Shown one piece after another: positions 27,558-37,508 of a stretch of DNA of 64,000 bases. The notes under the pieces are model-generated. The model was not told the DNA's origin. It made no database searches and saw only the letters and a list, made by a program, of their open reading frames with translations. Source of the stretch: an uncultured Fibrobacteria bacterium. GTDB taxonomy: Bacteria; Fibrobacterota; Fibrobacteria; UBA11236. The number at the start of each line of letters is the position of its first letter. Positions within the stretch are counted from its first letter, which is position 1. The position numbers and the translations under genes were made by a program. The stretch lies in NCBI GenBank assembly GCA_963716395.1, contig OY970309.1:2450615-2514614 (forward strand). Reading direction: 5' to 3'.

Positions 27558-28291
27558 TTTGTCCTGGGCGAGGTCGGTGCCGACTCGAGATGCTTGTTGC
27601 GAAACGCAGTGGGTGAAAATCCGGTGTATTTCTGAAACTGGTGGGCGAAATGGCTGCTGTCGTAAAAGCCAGTTTCGCGGCTGATCTGCGTCACGGGTAA
27701 CCGCGTCATGGCCAACAATTGCTGCGCGGCATCCAGCCGAAGGCGCTGGATATAGCGCACGGGCACTTCGCCGTATTGCTGTCGGAACTTCCGTTCGAAT
27801 TGTTTGACCGACAGGGAGACCATGGCCGCCAGCGCCGGAATTTCGATTTTGCGGGAGTAGTTCTCCATGATGTATTCGATCACGGCCGGCATTTTGGTGG
27901 AAGGCGCCAAGGGAGTTTTCGCCTGCTTAAGGTAGCGGCAAACGCCCTCCAGGCCGGTGGTTTTTCCCCCGGCATCCCAGAGCGGCACCTTGGTGGTGGC
28001 AAACCATTCCGCGGACCGATCGCTGCTGGCCACGATTTCAACGCGGTTCACCAAGGGTACGCCCGATTCCACCACGCGCTCGTCGTCTTTCACGTAATGC
28101 ACGGCCAAAAAGCGCGGCCAGACGTCGAAATCGGTTTTACCCAAAACCTCCGTTTCGGCATGCAGGCCCGTCATCTCGATGAAAGCGGGATTGGCGGCGG
28201 TGAAGCGGCCGCGACGGTCCTTGGCAAAATAGGCCAGGTCGGGGAAATATTGCAGCAAACCGTAGCTTCCCGCTCGAATGCCTGATCCCAT
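27533..28291 (-). CDS. PAS-domain AraC-family transcriptional regulator
   Basis: N-terminal PAS-like segment (FTAANPAFIEMTG). C-terminal AraC HTH (SHFAHQFQKYTGFSPTAFR). Confidence 0.85.
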   Translation of the reverse strand: MGSGIRAGSYGLLQYFPDLAYFAKDRRGRFTAANPAFIEMTGLHAETEVLGKTDFDVWPRFLAVHYVKDDERVVESGVPLVNRVEIVASSDRSAEWFATTKVPLWDAGGKTTGLEGVCRYLKQAKTPLAPSTKMPAVIEYIMENYSRKIEIPALAAMVSLSVKQFERKFRQQYGEVPVRYIQRLRLDAAQQLLAMTRLPVTQISRETGFYDSSHFAHQFQKYTGFSPTAFRNKHLESAPTSPRTNHSPDGEV

Positions 28292-28379
28292 GATTCGATT
28301 ATATCGCCGAAAGTTGAAACGGAGGCTGGGAGACTCGGTAAAGATCCGTCATCGGTTTGCAGCCTTTGGCCGGACATGA

Positions 28380-28898
28380 AAACGCCGGGCCGCGAACCTG
28401 GCCAAATCCCAATTCAATCTGGTCGTGTGTGAGAATGAAATGAAGTTCCAACCCACTAAACCTTCGGAAAACCACTTCGCCCACCGCGCCGATCCCACGG
28501 CCAAGCTCTACTACAATGAACACGGTGCGCAAGGATCGGGCGGAAAATCGGATGCCGACTACAACCTGGCAAAACGCCGGTTGAATTCCGGGGTTCTGCT
28601 CGACGGAATCGGTTGGCAATGCCACCTGACCAGCGGAGGTTTTAAAGCGGGTGATATTTCGGCGAATATCCGGCGGCGGGGGGCTTTGGGGCTGCGGGTT
28701 TCCATGACCGAAGTCGATATTGAGAACGGCACCAGGGCCGATTGGACCAATTTGCTTGGTGCCTGCCTGGAAGACTGCAACGGCACCGCTTTCGTGACCA
28801 GGGGTCTGTATGACGGCGCCTCCTGGGCTCCGGTTTTCTCCGCGCGAACAGGCGCCGTCGACCTGCCGGGACGGACCCAGGTCGGGGCGCCGGTTTGA
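28380..28898 (+). pseudogene. Decayed GH10 endo-1,4-beta-xylanase remnant
   Basis: FNLVVCENEMKF (the GH10 AENEMKW block) runs directly into ADPTAKLYYNEHG, LDGIGWQCHL and SMTEVDI. The roughly 100 aa that normally carry the acid/base NE motif are absent. There is no signal peptide or N-terminus, and an in-frame stop lies at 28377. Confidence 0.65.
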
Positions 28899-28983
28899 CG
28901 GGGGGCGCAGAAAGCCTTATTGCCGTAACGCCGAGGATTAAAAGTGCTCTGGGATTTGAGCCGCGCGCAATGCGTCGCTCAAC

Positions 28984-31900
28984 CTATTCGATGATTTGCA
29001 CCTGACGCGTCCATTGCGCCGGCAAGCCTTCGCCTTGCAGGCGCAGCCAGAGGAAGTAGATGCCCCGCGGCAAGGGGGCGGAGGAGTGGCCCTGGAAGTC
29101 GTGGTCGAGCGAAAGCGTGTAGCGGCCGGCTTCCATCCAGCGGGCCGGCATCCATTCGGCCGTGCGCCCGTCCACGGTGACCAGTCGGGCTGCGAGGCGG
29201 GCCTGTGACGGCAGATTCAAATCCAAAAGAAAGTTGCGGCCGGCGGGAAAAAGCTGCAGGCTGAAAGCGGGCAAGGCGGTTTTGGCGGCCACGAAGATTC
29301 CCGACTTGGCCAGGGCCGCCGCCGGTCCGGCCAGGATCCACACGGTGTCGGCGCCGGGCGCAGGTTGAAACGCCGACCCCCGGGAGTCGAGGGCGAGTTT
29401 AAGGTGCCGCTGCGGCGCGACCAGCCAGGCCCTGACGCCGGCCGGCAACTCCACCGACCCGAGTCCGAGGGGCGGACCGGAGGCCGAGGCGCCGCGCACC
29501 ACCACTTCCCATTGGGCCAGGGAGTCGGGTTGCAGGGGCAGATAATCGGACTGCAGCCAATGTCCCTGGCGCAGAGAGGCGAAGGCGGTTTGGCTGTCGA
29601 GCGCGGGCAGGGTGGATTCGTCTTCGACGCCTAGGCCGGTTTTCGCGTCGGGAAACATGCCGAGCTCCAAGGAGCGGTGGCCGTAATCGAGCACGATGGC
29701 ATACGGATTGGAGGCGGCCGCCGGTTTGGCCGCCGCCGAAGGCGAGGTGGTCAACTCCACCGTGGTATCGCGCGCGTAACTGTAGACGAAGTAGCCGCGC
29801 CACGGTTCCAGCGAGTCGGAAGGGGTGTAATCTCCCAGGCCGCTGTCGAAGGCCCACAGCCCTTTGACCGTAGAGAGGCGGTAGGCGGTGCTGGTGCGGG
29901 ACATGGGCCAGTACAGGGTTTGCGGCAGGGGATCGCCGATCAGGTTCCAGCCGCTGTCGAGATGCACGTGCACCGGCACGGCGGGAGCTTGCAGCGACAA
30001 AGCCGGCAGCCACAAGGAGGAAAAGGCCGCGGAGGCGCCGACCCAATAACCCCGGCCCGCGACCAGCGTGTCGCCATTTCCGCCCGCGACGTATTGCCCG
30101 CCGGCGCTTCGATACGAGAACACGCCGAAGCTCGCGATGTGGTTGGCTGCCGCGATCTGGCCGAACGAAGGCTGAGGTTCGGCCTGCACGGGAAAGCTGA
30201 TGAGATCCCACGGGTAAGCCGGCGTCGCGCCGATGTGCAGCACCGCGGGGCTTTGGGTGGCGGCGATATGTTGGGCCAAATACCAGGGGGTGCCGTCGGC
30301 GGGAAAGCGCACCGATTGGGTGTGATCCGAAACCGTGAAGGATACGTACAGGGGCGCCAGCACGCCGGCGGGATTTTTCAGGTTCAGATGCACGGTGTCG
30401 GGCGTCTCGGCCGCCACCTGGCTGAGGTCGCGGCGCGGATCGTCGGATCGCTGTAGGCTGTAGAGGATGTTGGCGACGTTGTCGTTCACCACGAAATTGG
30501 CGCGCACCGAATCCAAAGCAGTCGTGACGGAGTTTATAAAAGTGACGGTGGGCGGCACCGTGTCGAGGCCCAGGAAATAAATACCGGAAGCGGTGATGGC
30601 GACGCTGTCGGCGGCGGAGACGAAGTCGATGCGGCCGTCGGGGCCGATGACGTACAGCGCGCGCGCATCGCTCGCGGGTTTGGTGAATTGCAGGCCGGGA
30701 AAAGGCTGGCCCGGCGCGGCCGGATTCAGCAACATGGCGAAGGGGATGGAGGCGATGCCCGGCGCCGAGACGGTATCGGGCGGCGCCAACACCACGCGGG
30801 CGCTGAAGCCCGCGGCCCCGGGATTATAGAACGCGTAGCCGCCGGTCGCGAAGGTACCGCCGGGCGCGATCACGGTATCGGCGCGTGCGGAGATGTTGTA
30901 AACCAAGGTGCGGGTGGCGCTGACCTGGCTACCGGCCGCGGCCGCGGCTTTGAGCACCGAGCTTTGCTGCAAAGTGAAAGGCCCGGTGTAGGCGAAGGCC
31001 GTGCCCGGAACCGGCGTCGAACCGTCGAGGGTGTAATAAATTCCGGCTTTGGGCGAAGCATCGGATAGGGTGATCTGCACCGCGCCGAAGTATTGGCCGC
31101 CCGGCGGATGGACGGACGGGGTATCGGGGGCCAGCACGTAATTTTCGATCAGGACCTGGCTGGGGAGATAGCCGGATTGGACGGAGATGGCCTGCAACGT
31201 GACGGTGGTGTCGAAGCGCAAAGGCTGGCTGTAAAGCGACGAGGCGGCCGTCGGAATCGCGCCGTTGGTGGTGTAATAAACCGCTGCGCCCGCATTCGGA
31301 GGCTTCAAGGTGACGATCACGGTATCGGCGAACAGTTGCCCCGAAGGCAAGGCGCCCGGAGGCGGAAGCGCGGATCCCAGCTTGGTGAAGAAGCGGGTCA
31401 GGGTATCGCTGGGGATGTCGCCGTCCATGGCCACCGCCACCAAGGTCGCGCTGGCGGTGAGATGGATGGGCCCCAGGTATTGCGCGGCGCTGACCGACTC
31501 ATGGAATTGCGGGTCAATCGGCGCGCTGCCGTCCGCGGTGTAGTAGATCGGAAAGTTCCCCGGCACCGTCAACGTGACGGTCAAGGTGGAGGCGAAGGTG
31601 GTGTCCTGTCCGGGAACGCAGACAATCGGGCCCGGAGCCTTGGAATAGGTTTGCGTCAGGAGGTCGCTCGACTGCCAGTTGAGGCGGGTGGCGGCGGCTT
31701 TGAGCACGGTGGTTTGCGACAAGACCAGAGTCAACCCCATCGAATACTGTTTGCGGGTGGAGGAAGACAGGGGATCGGTGCTGTCGGTGGTATACCAGAT
31801 CGAGGCGGAATCGGTGGCGCAGAAAAGCTGCACGCCGACGGAATTGTGAAAGCGCTCTCCCGATGGGGTGGCCACCGGCGTGGCCACCTTGGTGAGGGAC

Positions 31901-34900
31901 TGCTGCAAATGGTAGGTCAGGGTCAGGGTATCGCTGGGCGAAAGGCCGGAGACCGTCGCCACGGCTTTCACGGTTGTGGTTTGATAAATCCAAAAGGGAG
32001 CACTGTAGATTGTCGTCGTTCCCTGACCCGGAATCGATCCGTCCAGGGTGTAATAAATTACGGCTCCCGGTGTCGGGGAACTCAAGGCGATTTGCACCGA
32101 GGTGGTGAAATTGGTGTCGGTGGGCGTCGCCATGGGAGGCGCGGTTTTATTGGGCGGCGTGAGGTTGTAGACCGCCGTCAACATATCGCTGTTGGTTTCT
32201 CCGGATTTGAAGGCCACGGCTTTCACACTGGTGGTCGCCGTCAGCACCAGGGGTTGGGAGTAGACCGCCGAGGTGGACGTGGGCGAGGTACCGTCGGTGG
32301 TGTAGCGGATGACGGCGCCCACGGTGTCGCAGGAAAGCGCGACGCTGAGAGTGGGATAAAAGGAAGTGTCCCGCGGTAAAACTTTGGGCGTGGCCACTTT
32401 GGGAAGGTTCACGGTCAGGGCGGCGAAGGGGCTGACGGCGAAGGTGCTGGAATCGTTGCCGACGCTGGCAGCGTTCCTGACCACAATGCGGTAGCGGCCG
32501 GCGTCGCCGGAACCCACGCTGGCGAATGTCAGGGTGTCGCCGGTGGCGCCGGCAATGTTGACCGAATCCTTCTGCCATTGATAGGTGAAGGGCGAGGTGC
32601 CGGCGACGGCTGCGGTCAATAACACCGCTTGGCCGACCGTAACCGTCTGCGAGGCGGGCGCGGTGGTGATGATGGGCGGTACCACCTGGGCGGTAAGGGT
32701 GAGCACCAGGGTTTTTGTATCCTGGCCCGTGGTGTTGGCGGCGGAGAGGGTGACGTTGGTGATACCCGTCGCCGTGGGAGTTCCGGAAATCAGACCGGAG
32801 GAAGAGTTGATGGAGAGCCCTGCGGGCAAGGGCGAGGCGCCGAAGGTGATGGGTTGGGTGCCGGAAGCCGTAATGGTATATGAAAATGCGGTTCCCGCCG
32901 TGCTGCTGGTGGTTAAGGCGCTGGTGATGGAGGGGGCCAAGGACGCGGAAGAAATGGTCATCACCAGGGTTTTGGTCGGGGCGGCTCCCGCCGCGTTCGT
33001 GGCGGAGAGGGTGACGTTGGTGATACCGGAGGTCGTGGGGGTTCCGGAGATTGCGCCGGTGGAGGAGTTCACGGAGAGCCCCGCGGGCAAAGGCGAGGCG
33101 CCGAAGGTGATGGGTTGGGTGCCGGAAGCCGTAATGGTGTAGTTAAAGGATTGGCCGGTGGTAGCGGTCACGGTGGTGGGGCTGTTGATGACGGGCGCCA
33201 CGGGCGCGGCGGATATGCTGAGGGCCAGGGTTTTGGTCGGCGCGGCCCCGATCGAATTGGTGGCGGAGAGGGTGACGTTGGTGGTACCGGTCGCCGTGGG
33301 GGTACCGGAGATGACGCCGGTGGTGGTGTTGACGGAGAGTCCGGCGGGCAAGGGCGCGGCGCCGAAGGTGATGGGCGCCGTGCCAATGGCGGCGATGGTG
33401 TAGCTCAAGGGTACTCCCGCCGTTCCGGTGGTGGAAAGATTCGTGTTGGTGATGGTGGGGGCCACGGGAGCGGAAGAGATGGTGATGACCAAGGTTTTGG
33501 CCGCCGCGGCTCCGGCCGCGTTAGCGGCGGAGAGGGTGACATTGGTGGTCCCTGCCCCGGTGGGGGTTCCGGAGATCAAGCCGGTGGAAGCGTTGACGGA
33601 AAGTCCCGTGGGTAAGGGCGCGGCGCCGAAAGTAATGGGTTTGGATCCTGAAGCGGTGATGGTGTAGGAAAATGCGGCTCCCGCCGTTCCGCCGGCGGTC
33701 AAGGCGCTGGTGATGGTCGGCGCCACGGCCGGGTAGATGGTGAGGGTCAAGGTTTTTGTCGGCGCGACTCCGGCCGCGTTGGAGGCGGAGAGGGCGACAC
33801 TGGTAGTTCCTGACGCCGTGGGAGTGCCGGAAATCGAGCCGGTGGCGGTATTGATGGAGAGTCCCGTCGGCAAGGGCGCGGCGCCGAAGGTGATGGGCGA
33901 AGTTCCGGTGGCGGTGATGGTGTAGGAGAAGGGGGCTCCGACCGTGTCCGAAGCGGAAAGAACGGTGTTGGTGATGGTTGGAGCCACAGTAGCCGCAGAC
34001 ACGGTGATGACCAAGGTTTTGGCAGGTGCGGCCCCGGCCGTGTTGGTGGCGGAGAGGGTGACATTGGTGGTCCCTGTGGCCGTGGGAGTGCCGGAAATCG
34101 CGCCGGTGGTGGCGTTGACGGAGAGCCCCGCGGGCAAAGGTGAGGCGCCGAAGGTGATGGGTGCGGTACCGGTGGCGGTGATGGTGTAGGAAAAGGCAGT
34201 CCCCGCCGTTCCGCCGGCGGACAATGTGCTCGTGATGGTCGGCGCCACCGGGGCGGGAGCGATGGTGAGGACCAGGGTTTGGGGAGTCGCGGCTCCGGCG
34301 GTATTGTGGGCGGAAAGAGTGACACTGGTGGTACCTGCCGCTGCGGGGGTTCCGGAGATCTTGCCGGAGGAAGAGTCGATGGAAAGTCCCGCGGGTAAAG
34401 GCAAGGCGTTGAAGGTGATGGGCGTGGTGCCGGAAGCGGTGATGGTGTACGAGAAAGTGGTACCGGCCGTGCCGCTAGCGGTCAAGGCGCTGGTGATGGC
34501 AGGGGGCACGGGTGCCGGAGTGACGGTGAGGACCAGAACCTTGGGAGTGGCATCACCGACCGCGTTATGGGCGTAGAGGGTGTCATTGTAGGTACCGGCG
34601 ACGGTGGGGATACCGGAGATTAATCCGGTGGTGGTGCTGACCGTGAGCCCCGTCGGCAAGGGCGAGGCTCCATAGGTGATAGGTGCCGTGCCGGTGGCGG
34701 TGATGGTGTAGGAGAATGCGGTTCCGGCTGTGCCCGTAGCGGTAAGGGTGGTGTTGGTGATGGTCGGAGCCACGGCAGCCGGAGAGATAGTGAGGATCAG
34801 GACCTTGGGAGTGGCGTCCCCCGCCGCATTGTGGGCATAGAGGGTGTCGCTGTAAGTACTGGCGACCGTGGGGGTCCCGGAGATCAGGCCGGTGGTGGTG

Positions 34901-35931
34901 CTGACGGTGAGCCCGGTGGGCAAAGGTGAGGTGCTGAAGGTGATGGGTGCGGTGCCGGAGGCGGTGATGGTGTAGGAGAAAGGCGCTCCCGCCGTGCCGC
35001 CAGCGGTCGAGGCGCTGGTGATGGTGGGTGCTGTGGCTGGGTAAACGGTAAGGATCAGGGTTTTGGCGGGCGCGGATCCGGCCGCGTTGATGGCGGAAAG
35101 AGTGACATTGGTGGTACCTGTAGCCGTTGGGGTTCCGGAAATTACCCCGGTGCCGGTATTAACGGAGAGCCCCGCGGGCAAAGGTGCGGCGCCGTAGGTG
35201 ATGGGGGCGGTGCCGGTGGCGGTGATGGCGTAGGAGAAGGGAACCCCAATCGTGTCCGAGGCGGAAAGGGTGGTGTTGGTGATGGTGGGAGCCAGGGAAA
35301 TGGTAAGGACCAAGGTTTTGGTGGGCGCGCCTCCCGCCGCATTGTTGGCGGAGAGGGTCACGTTGGTGGTCCCGGAGGCCGTGGGGGTACCGGAAATCAC
35401 GCCGGAGGCGGGGTCTACGGAGAGCCCCGCGGGCAAAGTTGAGGTGCTGAAGGTGATGGGCGTGGTGCCGGAGGCGGTAATGGTATAGGTAAAAGGAGTT
35501 CCCACAGTTCCGCTGGCGGTCAAGGTGCTGGTGATAGCCGGTATTGAATCGACCTGAATCAAACAGGTATCTGATACGGAGTCCAGCAGGGTGGAGATAT
35601 CCCAGGCGGAAAGTACAACGCGGTATAACCCGGTATGGGTGAAACTGATACTGGTGGTCAAATTGGTCGGGTCATGCAGCGTGCCGCCGTCCGGAGCATT
35701 CCAGATATATCCCACCAAGAGTGGGTCGTTCGGAGAAACCGTTCCATTCAACGCCGCAGTCGCGGACGAGGCCTGAAAAGCGATGGTGGTATCGGGGCCG
35801 GCATTCACCTGCAACAGGAGGTTTTGCGCTACAGCCGGCCGAGCGCCCACCAAAACGGAAACAAACGCCACGGCGAATCCAAGATTCGTCTGCAACCTTC
35901 CCAAGGTGCGTATTCGTAAAGCGCCGAACAT
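28984..35931 (-). CDS. Giant (2315 aa) secreted repeat adhesin-like protein with T9SS/FlgD-Ig-like C-terminal domain
   Basis: Domain order: signal peptide, PKD-like domain, 11 tandem putative-Ig (He_PIG-like) repeats ending ...ISGTPT..G.TNVTLSA.N, one I-set Ig domain (FTYQWQKD...GRYRIVV), then about 6 chitobiase/Fn3-associated-like modules (IYYTLDGS.P). A long unassigned region follows. C-terminus: GIYFLWLRLQGEG...QVQIIE. Confidence 0.9.
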   Translation of the reverse strand: MFGALRIRTLGRLQTNLGFAVAFVSVLVGARPAVAQNLLLQVNAGPDTTIAFQASSATAALNGTVSPNDPLLVGYIWNAPDGGTLHDPTNLTTSISFTHTGLYRVVLSAWDISTLLDSVSDTCLIQVDSIPAITSTLTASGTVGTPFTYTITASGTTPITFSTSTLPAGLSVDPASGVISGTPTASGTTNVTLSANNAAGGAPTKTLVLTISLAPTITNTTLSASDTIGVPFSYAITATGTAPITYGAAPLPAGLSVNTGTGVISGTPTATGTTNVTLSAINAAGSAPAKTLILTVYPATAPTITSASTAGGTAGAPFSYTITASGTAPITFSTSPLPTGLTVSTTTGLISGTPTVASTYSDTLYAHNAAGDATPKVLILTISPAAVAPTITNTTLTATGTAGTAFSYTITATGTAPITYGASPLPTGLTVSTTTGLISGIPTVAGTYNDTLYAHNAVGDATPKVLVLTVTPAPVPPAITSALTASGTAGTTFSYTITASGTTPITFNALPLPAGLSIDSSSGKISGTPAAAGTTSVTLSAHNTAGAATPQTLVLTIAPAPVAPTITSTLSAGGTAGTAFSYTITATGTAPITFGASPLPAGLSVNATTGAISGTPTATGTTNVTLSATNTAGAAPAKTLVITVSAATVAPTITNTVLSASDTVGAPFSYTITATGTSPITFGAAPLPTGLSINTATGSISGTPTASGTTSVALSASNAAGVAPTKTLTLTIYPAVAPTITSALTAGGTAGAAFSYTITASGSKPITFGAAPLPTGLSVNASTGLISGTPTGAGTTNVTLSAANAAGAAAAKTLVITISSAPVAPTITNTNLSTTGTAGVPLSYTIAAIGTAPITFGAAPLPAGLSVNTTTGVISGTPTATGTTNVTLSATNSIGAAPTKTLALSISAAPVAPVINSPTTVTATTGQSFNYTITASGTQPITFGASPLPAGLSVNSSTGAISGTPTTSGITNVTLSATNAAGAAPTKTLVMTISSASLAPSITSALTTSSTAGTAFSYTITASGTQPITFGASPLPAGLSINSSSGLISGTPTATGITNVTLSAANTTGQDTKTLVLTLTAQVVPPIITTAPASQTVTVGQAVLLTAAVAGTSPFTYQWQKDSVNIAGATGDTLTFASVGSGDAGRYRIVVRNAASVGNDSSTFAVSPFAALTVNLPKVATPKVLPRDTSFYPTLSVALSCDTVGAVIRYTTDGTSPTSTSAVYSQPLVLTATTSVKAVAFKSGETNSDMLTAVYNLTPPNKTAPPMATPTDTNFTTSVQIALSSPTPGAVIYYTLDGSIPGQGTTTIYSAPFWIYQTTTVKAVATVSGLSPSDTLTLTYHLQQSLTKVATPVATPSGERFHNSVGVQLFCATDSASIWYTTDSTDPLSSSTRKQYSMGLTLVLSQTTVLKAAATRLNWQSSDLLTQTYSKAPGPIVCVPGQDTTFASTLTVTLTVPGNFPIYYTADGSAPIDPQFHESVSAAQYLGPIHLTASATLVAVAMDGDIPSDTLTRFFTKLGSALPPPGALPSGQLFADTVIVTLKPPNAGAAVYYTTNGAIPTAASSLYSQPLRFDTTVTLQAISVQSGYLPSQVLIENYVLAPDTPSVHPPGGQYFGAVQITLSDASPKAGIYYTLDGSTPVPGTAFAYTGPFTLQQSSVLKAAAAAGSQVSATRTLVYNISARADTVIAPGGTFATGGYAFYNPGAAGFSARVVLAPPDTVSAPGIASIPFAMLLNPAAPGQPFPGLQFTKPASDARALYVIGPDGRIDFVSAADSVAITASGIYFLGLDTVPPTVTFINSVTTALDSVRANFVVNDNVANILYSLQRSDDPRRDLSQVAAETPDTVHLNLKNPAGVLAPLYVSFTVSDHTQSVRFPADGTPWYLAQHIAATQSPAVLHIGATPAYPWDLISFPVQAEPQPSFGQIAAANHIASFGVFSYRSAGGQYVAGGNGDTLVAGRGYWVGASAAFSSLWLPALSLQAPAVPVHVHLDSGWNLIGDPLPQTLYWPMSRTSTAYRLSTVKGLWAFDSGLGDYTPSDSLEPWRGYFVYSYARDTTVELTTSPSAAAKPAAASNPYAIVLDYGHRSLELGMFPDAKTGLGVEDESTLPALDSQTAFASLRQGHWLQSDYLPLQPDSLAQWEVVVRGASASGPPLGLGSVELPAGVRAWLVAPQRHLKLALDSRGSAFQPAPGADTVWILAGPAAALAKSGIFVAAKTALPAFSLQLFPAGRNFLLDLNLPSQARLAARLVTVDGRTAEWMPARWMEAGRYTLSLDHDFQGHSSAPLPRGIYFLWLRLQGEGLPAQWTRQVQIIE
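32690..35544 (-). repeat. Coding tandem repeat array (11 units of about 261-270 nt) inside the giant adhesin gene
   Basis: Repeat units are read from the translation. A 47-nt identical stretch occurs at 32831-32877 and 33092-33138 (offset 261 nt). Confidence 0.85.
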
Positions 35932-36147
35932 GGGAGCATTACCCCCCTCCCCACCGCAGTATTCAATTTTGTGTGTTGCGCTGGAGATTCCTCTTCCAAA
36001 GGTAAATAGAAGCGAAAATTCGTCGACGGCCCATTTTCTGCGTTTTCACAAGAATTGGCAAAGTTTGAGCTTACTGTCAAGATGAATCGCGCCGCAAATA
36101 ACAAATCAGAAGCAGGCCGCTTAATTACCCAAGTAATATTTTTTTAC

Positions 36148-36663
36148 ATGATCAAAATGCAAGAAATCATGGAACTCAAATCCTACGTCGGATTTCCCTG
36201 CCTCGTTTTTGCTTCGGCAAAACCCATTGGTGACGAACACGCCGCGCAAATTGCCGATCATTTGCGCCCGTTTTTCTCCGCCTGGGAAAGCCATGGCGTG
36301 CCGGTGCAAGGCATGGCCGCTGGCATCGAAAACCGATTTTTAATCGTGGCCCATCGGCCCGTGGAAATTTCGGGATGCAGCCGTGACGCCTTGCTTTTCC
36401 GCGTACGGGAAATCGGAAAAGAATTCGGTGTGGACTGGGTGGGCGGATCGCGGTTGTTTTATCGCGACCCGCAAGGCCGGGTGGCCGATACGGATCGCAT
36501 CGGGTTCAAAGCTTTGGCGCGTTCCGGCCGTATCACGCCGGCTACCCCGGTTTTCAATACCTCCTTGACCGAAGTCGACGCCTGGTTGGCGGGAAAGTTC
36601 GAAATACCCGCGGCCGCGAGTTGGCATGCCCGTTTGCTCGACGTAGTGACCACTCCGGTTTAG
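36148..36663 (+). CDS. Conserved hypothetical protein (family I recall being mis-annotated as ABC transporter ATPase in Bacteroidota; no Walker motifs)
   Basis: W.SHG...ENRFLIV...ISGCSRDAL...REIG pattern. Three in-frame ATGs lie at 36148, 36157 and 36169. Confidence 0.6.
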   Translation: MIKMQEIMELKSYVGFPCLVFASAKPIGDEHAAQIADHLRPFFSAWESHGVPVQGMAAGIENRFLIVAHRPVEISGCSRDALLFRVREIGKEFGVDWVGGSRLFYRDPQGRVADTDRIGFKALARSGRITPATPVFNTSLTEVDAWLAGKFEIPAAASWHARLLDVVTTPV

Positions 36664-36671
36664 CGCTTGTC

Positions 36672-37508
36672 TTATCCGGAACGCCGCCGGGTTTTACCCG
36701 GACCCGATTCCGAAAATCCAAAATCGAGAACCGGTCGTCCGCGCCCGAGGTTCCGGGCGTGAAGAATGGCTTGGCCGACAAAGGCCTTGGCGCCGCGACA
36801 GGCGGCGAGCAGGCTTTCTCCCCGGGCCAGGCGGGCCGCGAGGGCCGATGACAATGCGCATCCGGTGCCGTGGGGCGTGAGGCCAAAGCGCGGACCGCGC
36901 AGGCGCCAAAGACGGCCATGATCGAACAGGAAATCGTCGCTGCCGGCGTCATCCCCATGCCCGCCTTTGAGCAGAATCGCATAGGGCTTGCCGGCCGCAA
37001 AGGCGCGCAGAAGCTCGGGAGCTTCAGCTATCGTCACGGGTTGCCCGCACAGCGCCGCGAACTCGGGCAGATTGGGAGTGAGAATGCGGCAGCGGGGAAA
37101 CACGGATCGCGCCAGTTCCGGTTGCGCGCCGGCTTCGAGCAAGGCCGCGCCCGAAGTGGAGCGCAGAATCGGATCCAGCACCACGGGTATGTCGCGCGCC
37201 GCCGGCGACCGCAGCAAGGCCGCGACGCGGCGGAGCATGGCCCGGGAACCCAAGGCGCCGATTTTGATCGCGTCGGGGCGCAGGTCGGCGAACAAGGCCT
37301 TGGCTTGCTCCCGGAAAAAATCGGGATCGGCCCAGCGCACGCGCTGCACGCCCCGGGTGTTTTGTATCGTCCACAAGGTCGGCAGCGCCAGGCCGAAAAC
37401 CCCGTGGGCCTGAAAGGTTTTCAGATCGGCCTCCAATCCCGCGCCGCCGCTGGGATCGGAGCCCGCAATGGTCAAAGCCATCCGCAGTCGCTGGGGCCTG
37501 GATTTCAT
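36672..37508 (-). CDS. thiD: Hydroxymethylpyrimidine/phosphomethylpyrimidine kinase
   Basis: ALTIAGSDPSGGAGLEADLKTF and GTGCALSSALAA motifs. The ATG at 37508 overlaps the upstream stop (ATGA). Confidence 0.9.
   Translation of the reverse strand: MKSRPQRLRMALTIAGSDPSGGAGLEADLKTFQAHGVFGLALPTLWTIQNTRGVQRVRWADPDFFREQAKALFADLRPDAIKIGALGSRAMLRRVAALLRSPAARDIPVVLDPILRSTSGAALLEAGAQPELARSVFPRCRILTPNLPEFAALCGQPVTIAEAPELLRAFAAGKPYAILLKGGHGDDAGSDDFLFDHGRLWRLRGPRFGLTPHGTGCALSSALAARLARGESLLAACRGAKAFVGQAILHARNLGRGRPVLDFGFSESGPGKTRRRSG

Noticed and set aside
28292-28983. IS- or transposon-mediated truncation of the GH10 gene
   Set aside because: I see no transposase remnant, terminal inverted repeats or target-site duplication around the remnant.
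32690-35544. Regular ~261-nt DNA periodicity that might be mistaken for a CRISPR or satellite array
   Set aside because: It lies entirely within one long ORF and encodes Ig-like protein repeats. There are no short direct repeats with unique spacers and no cas genes.
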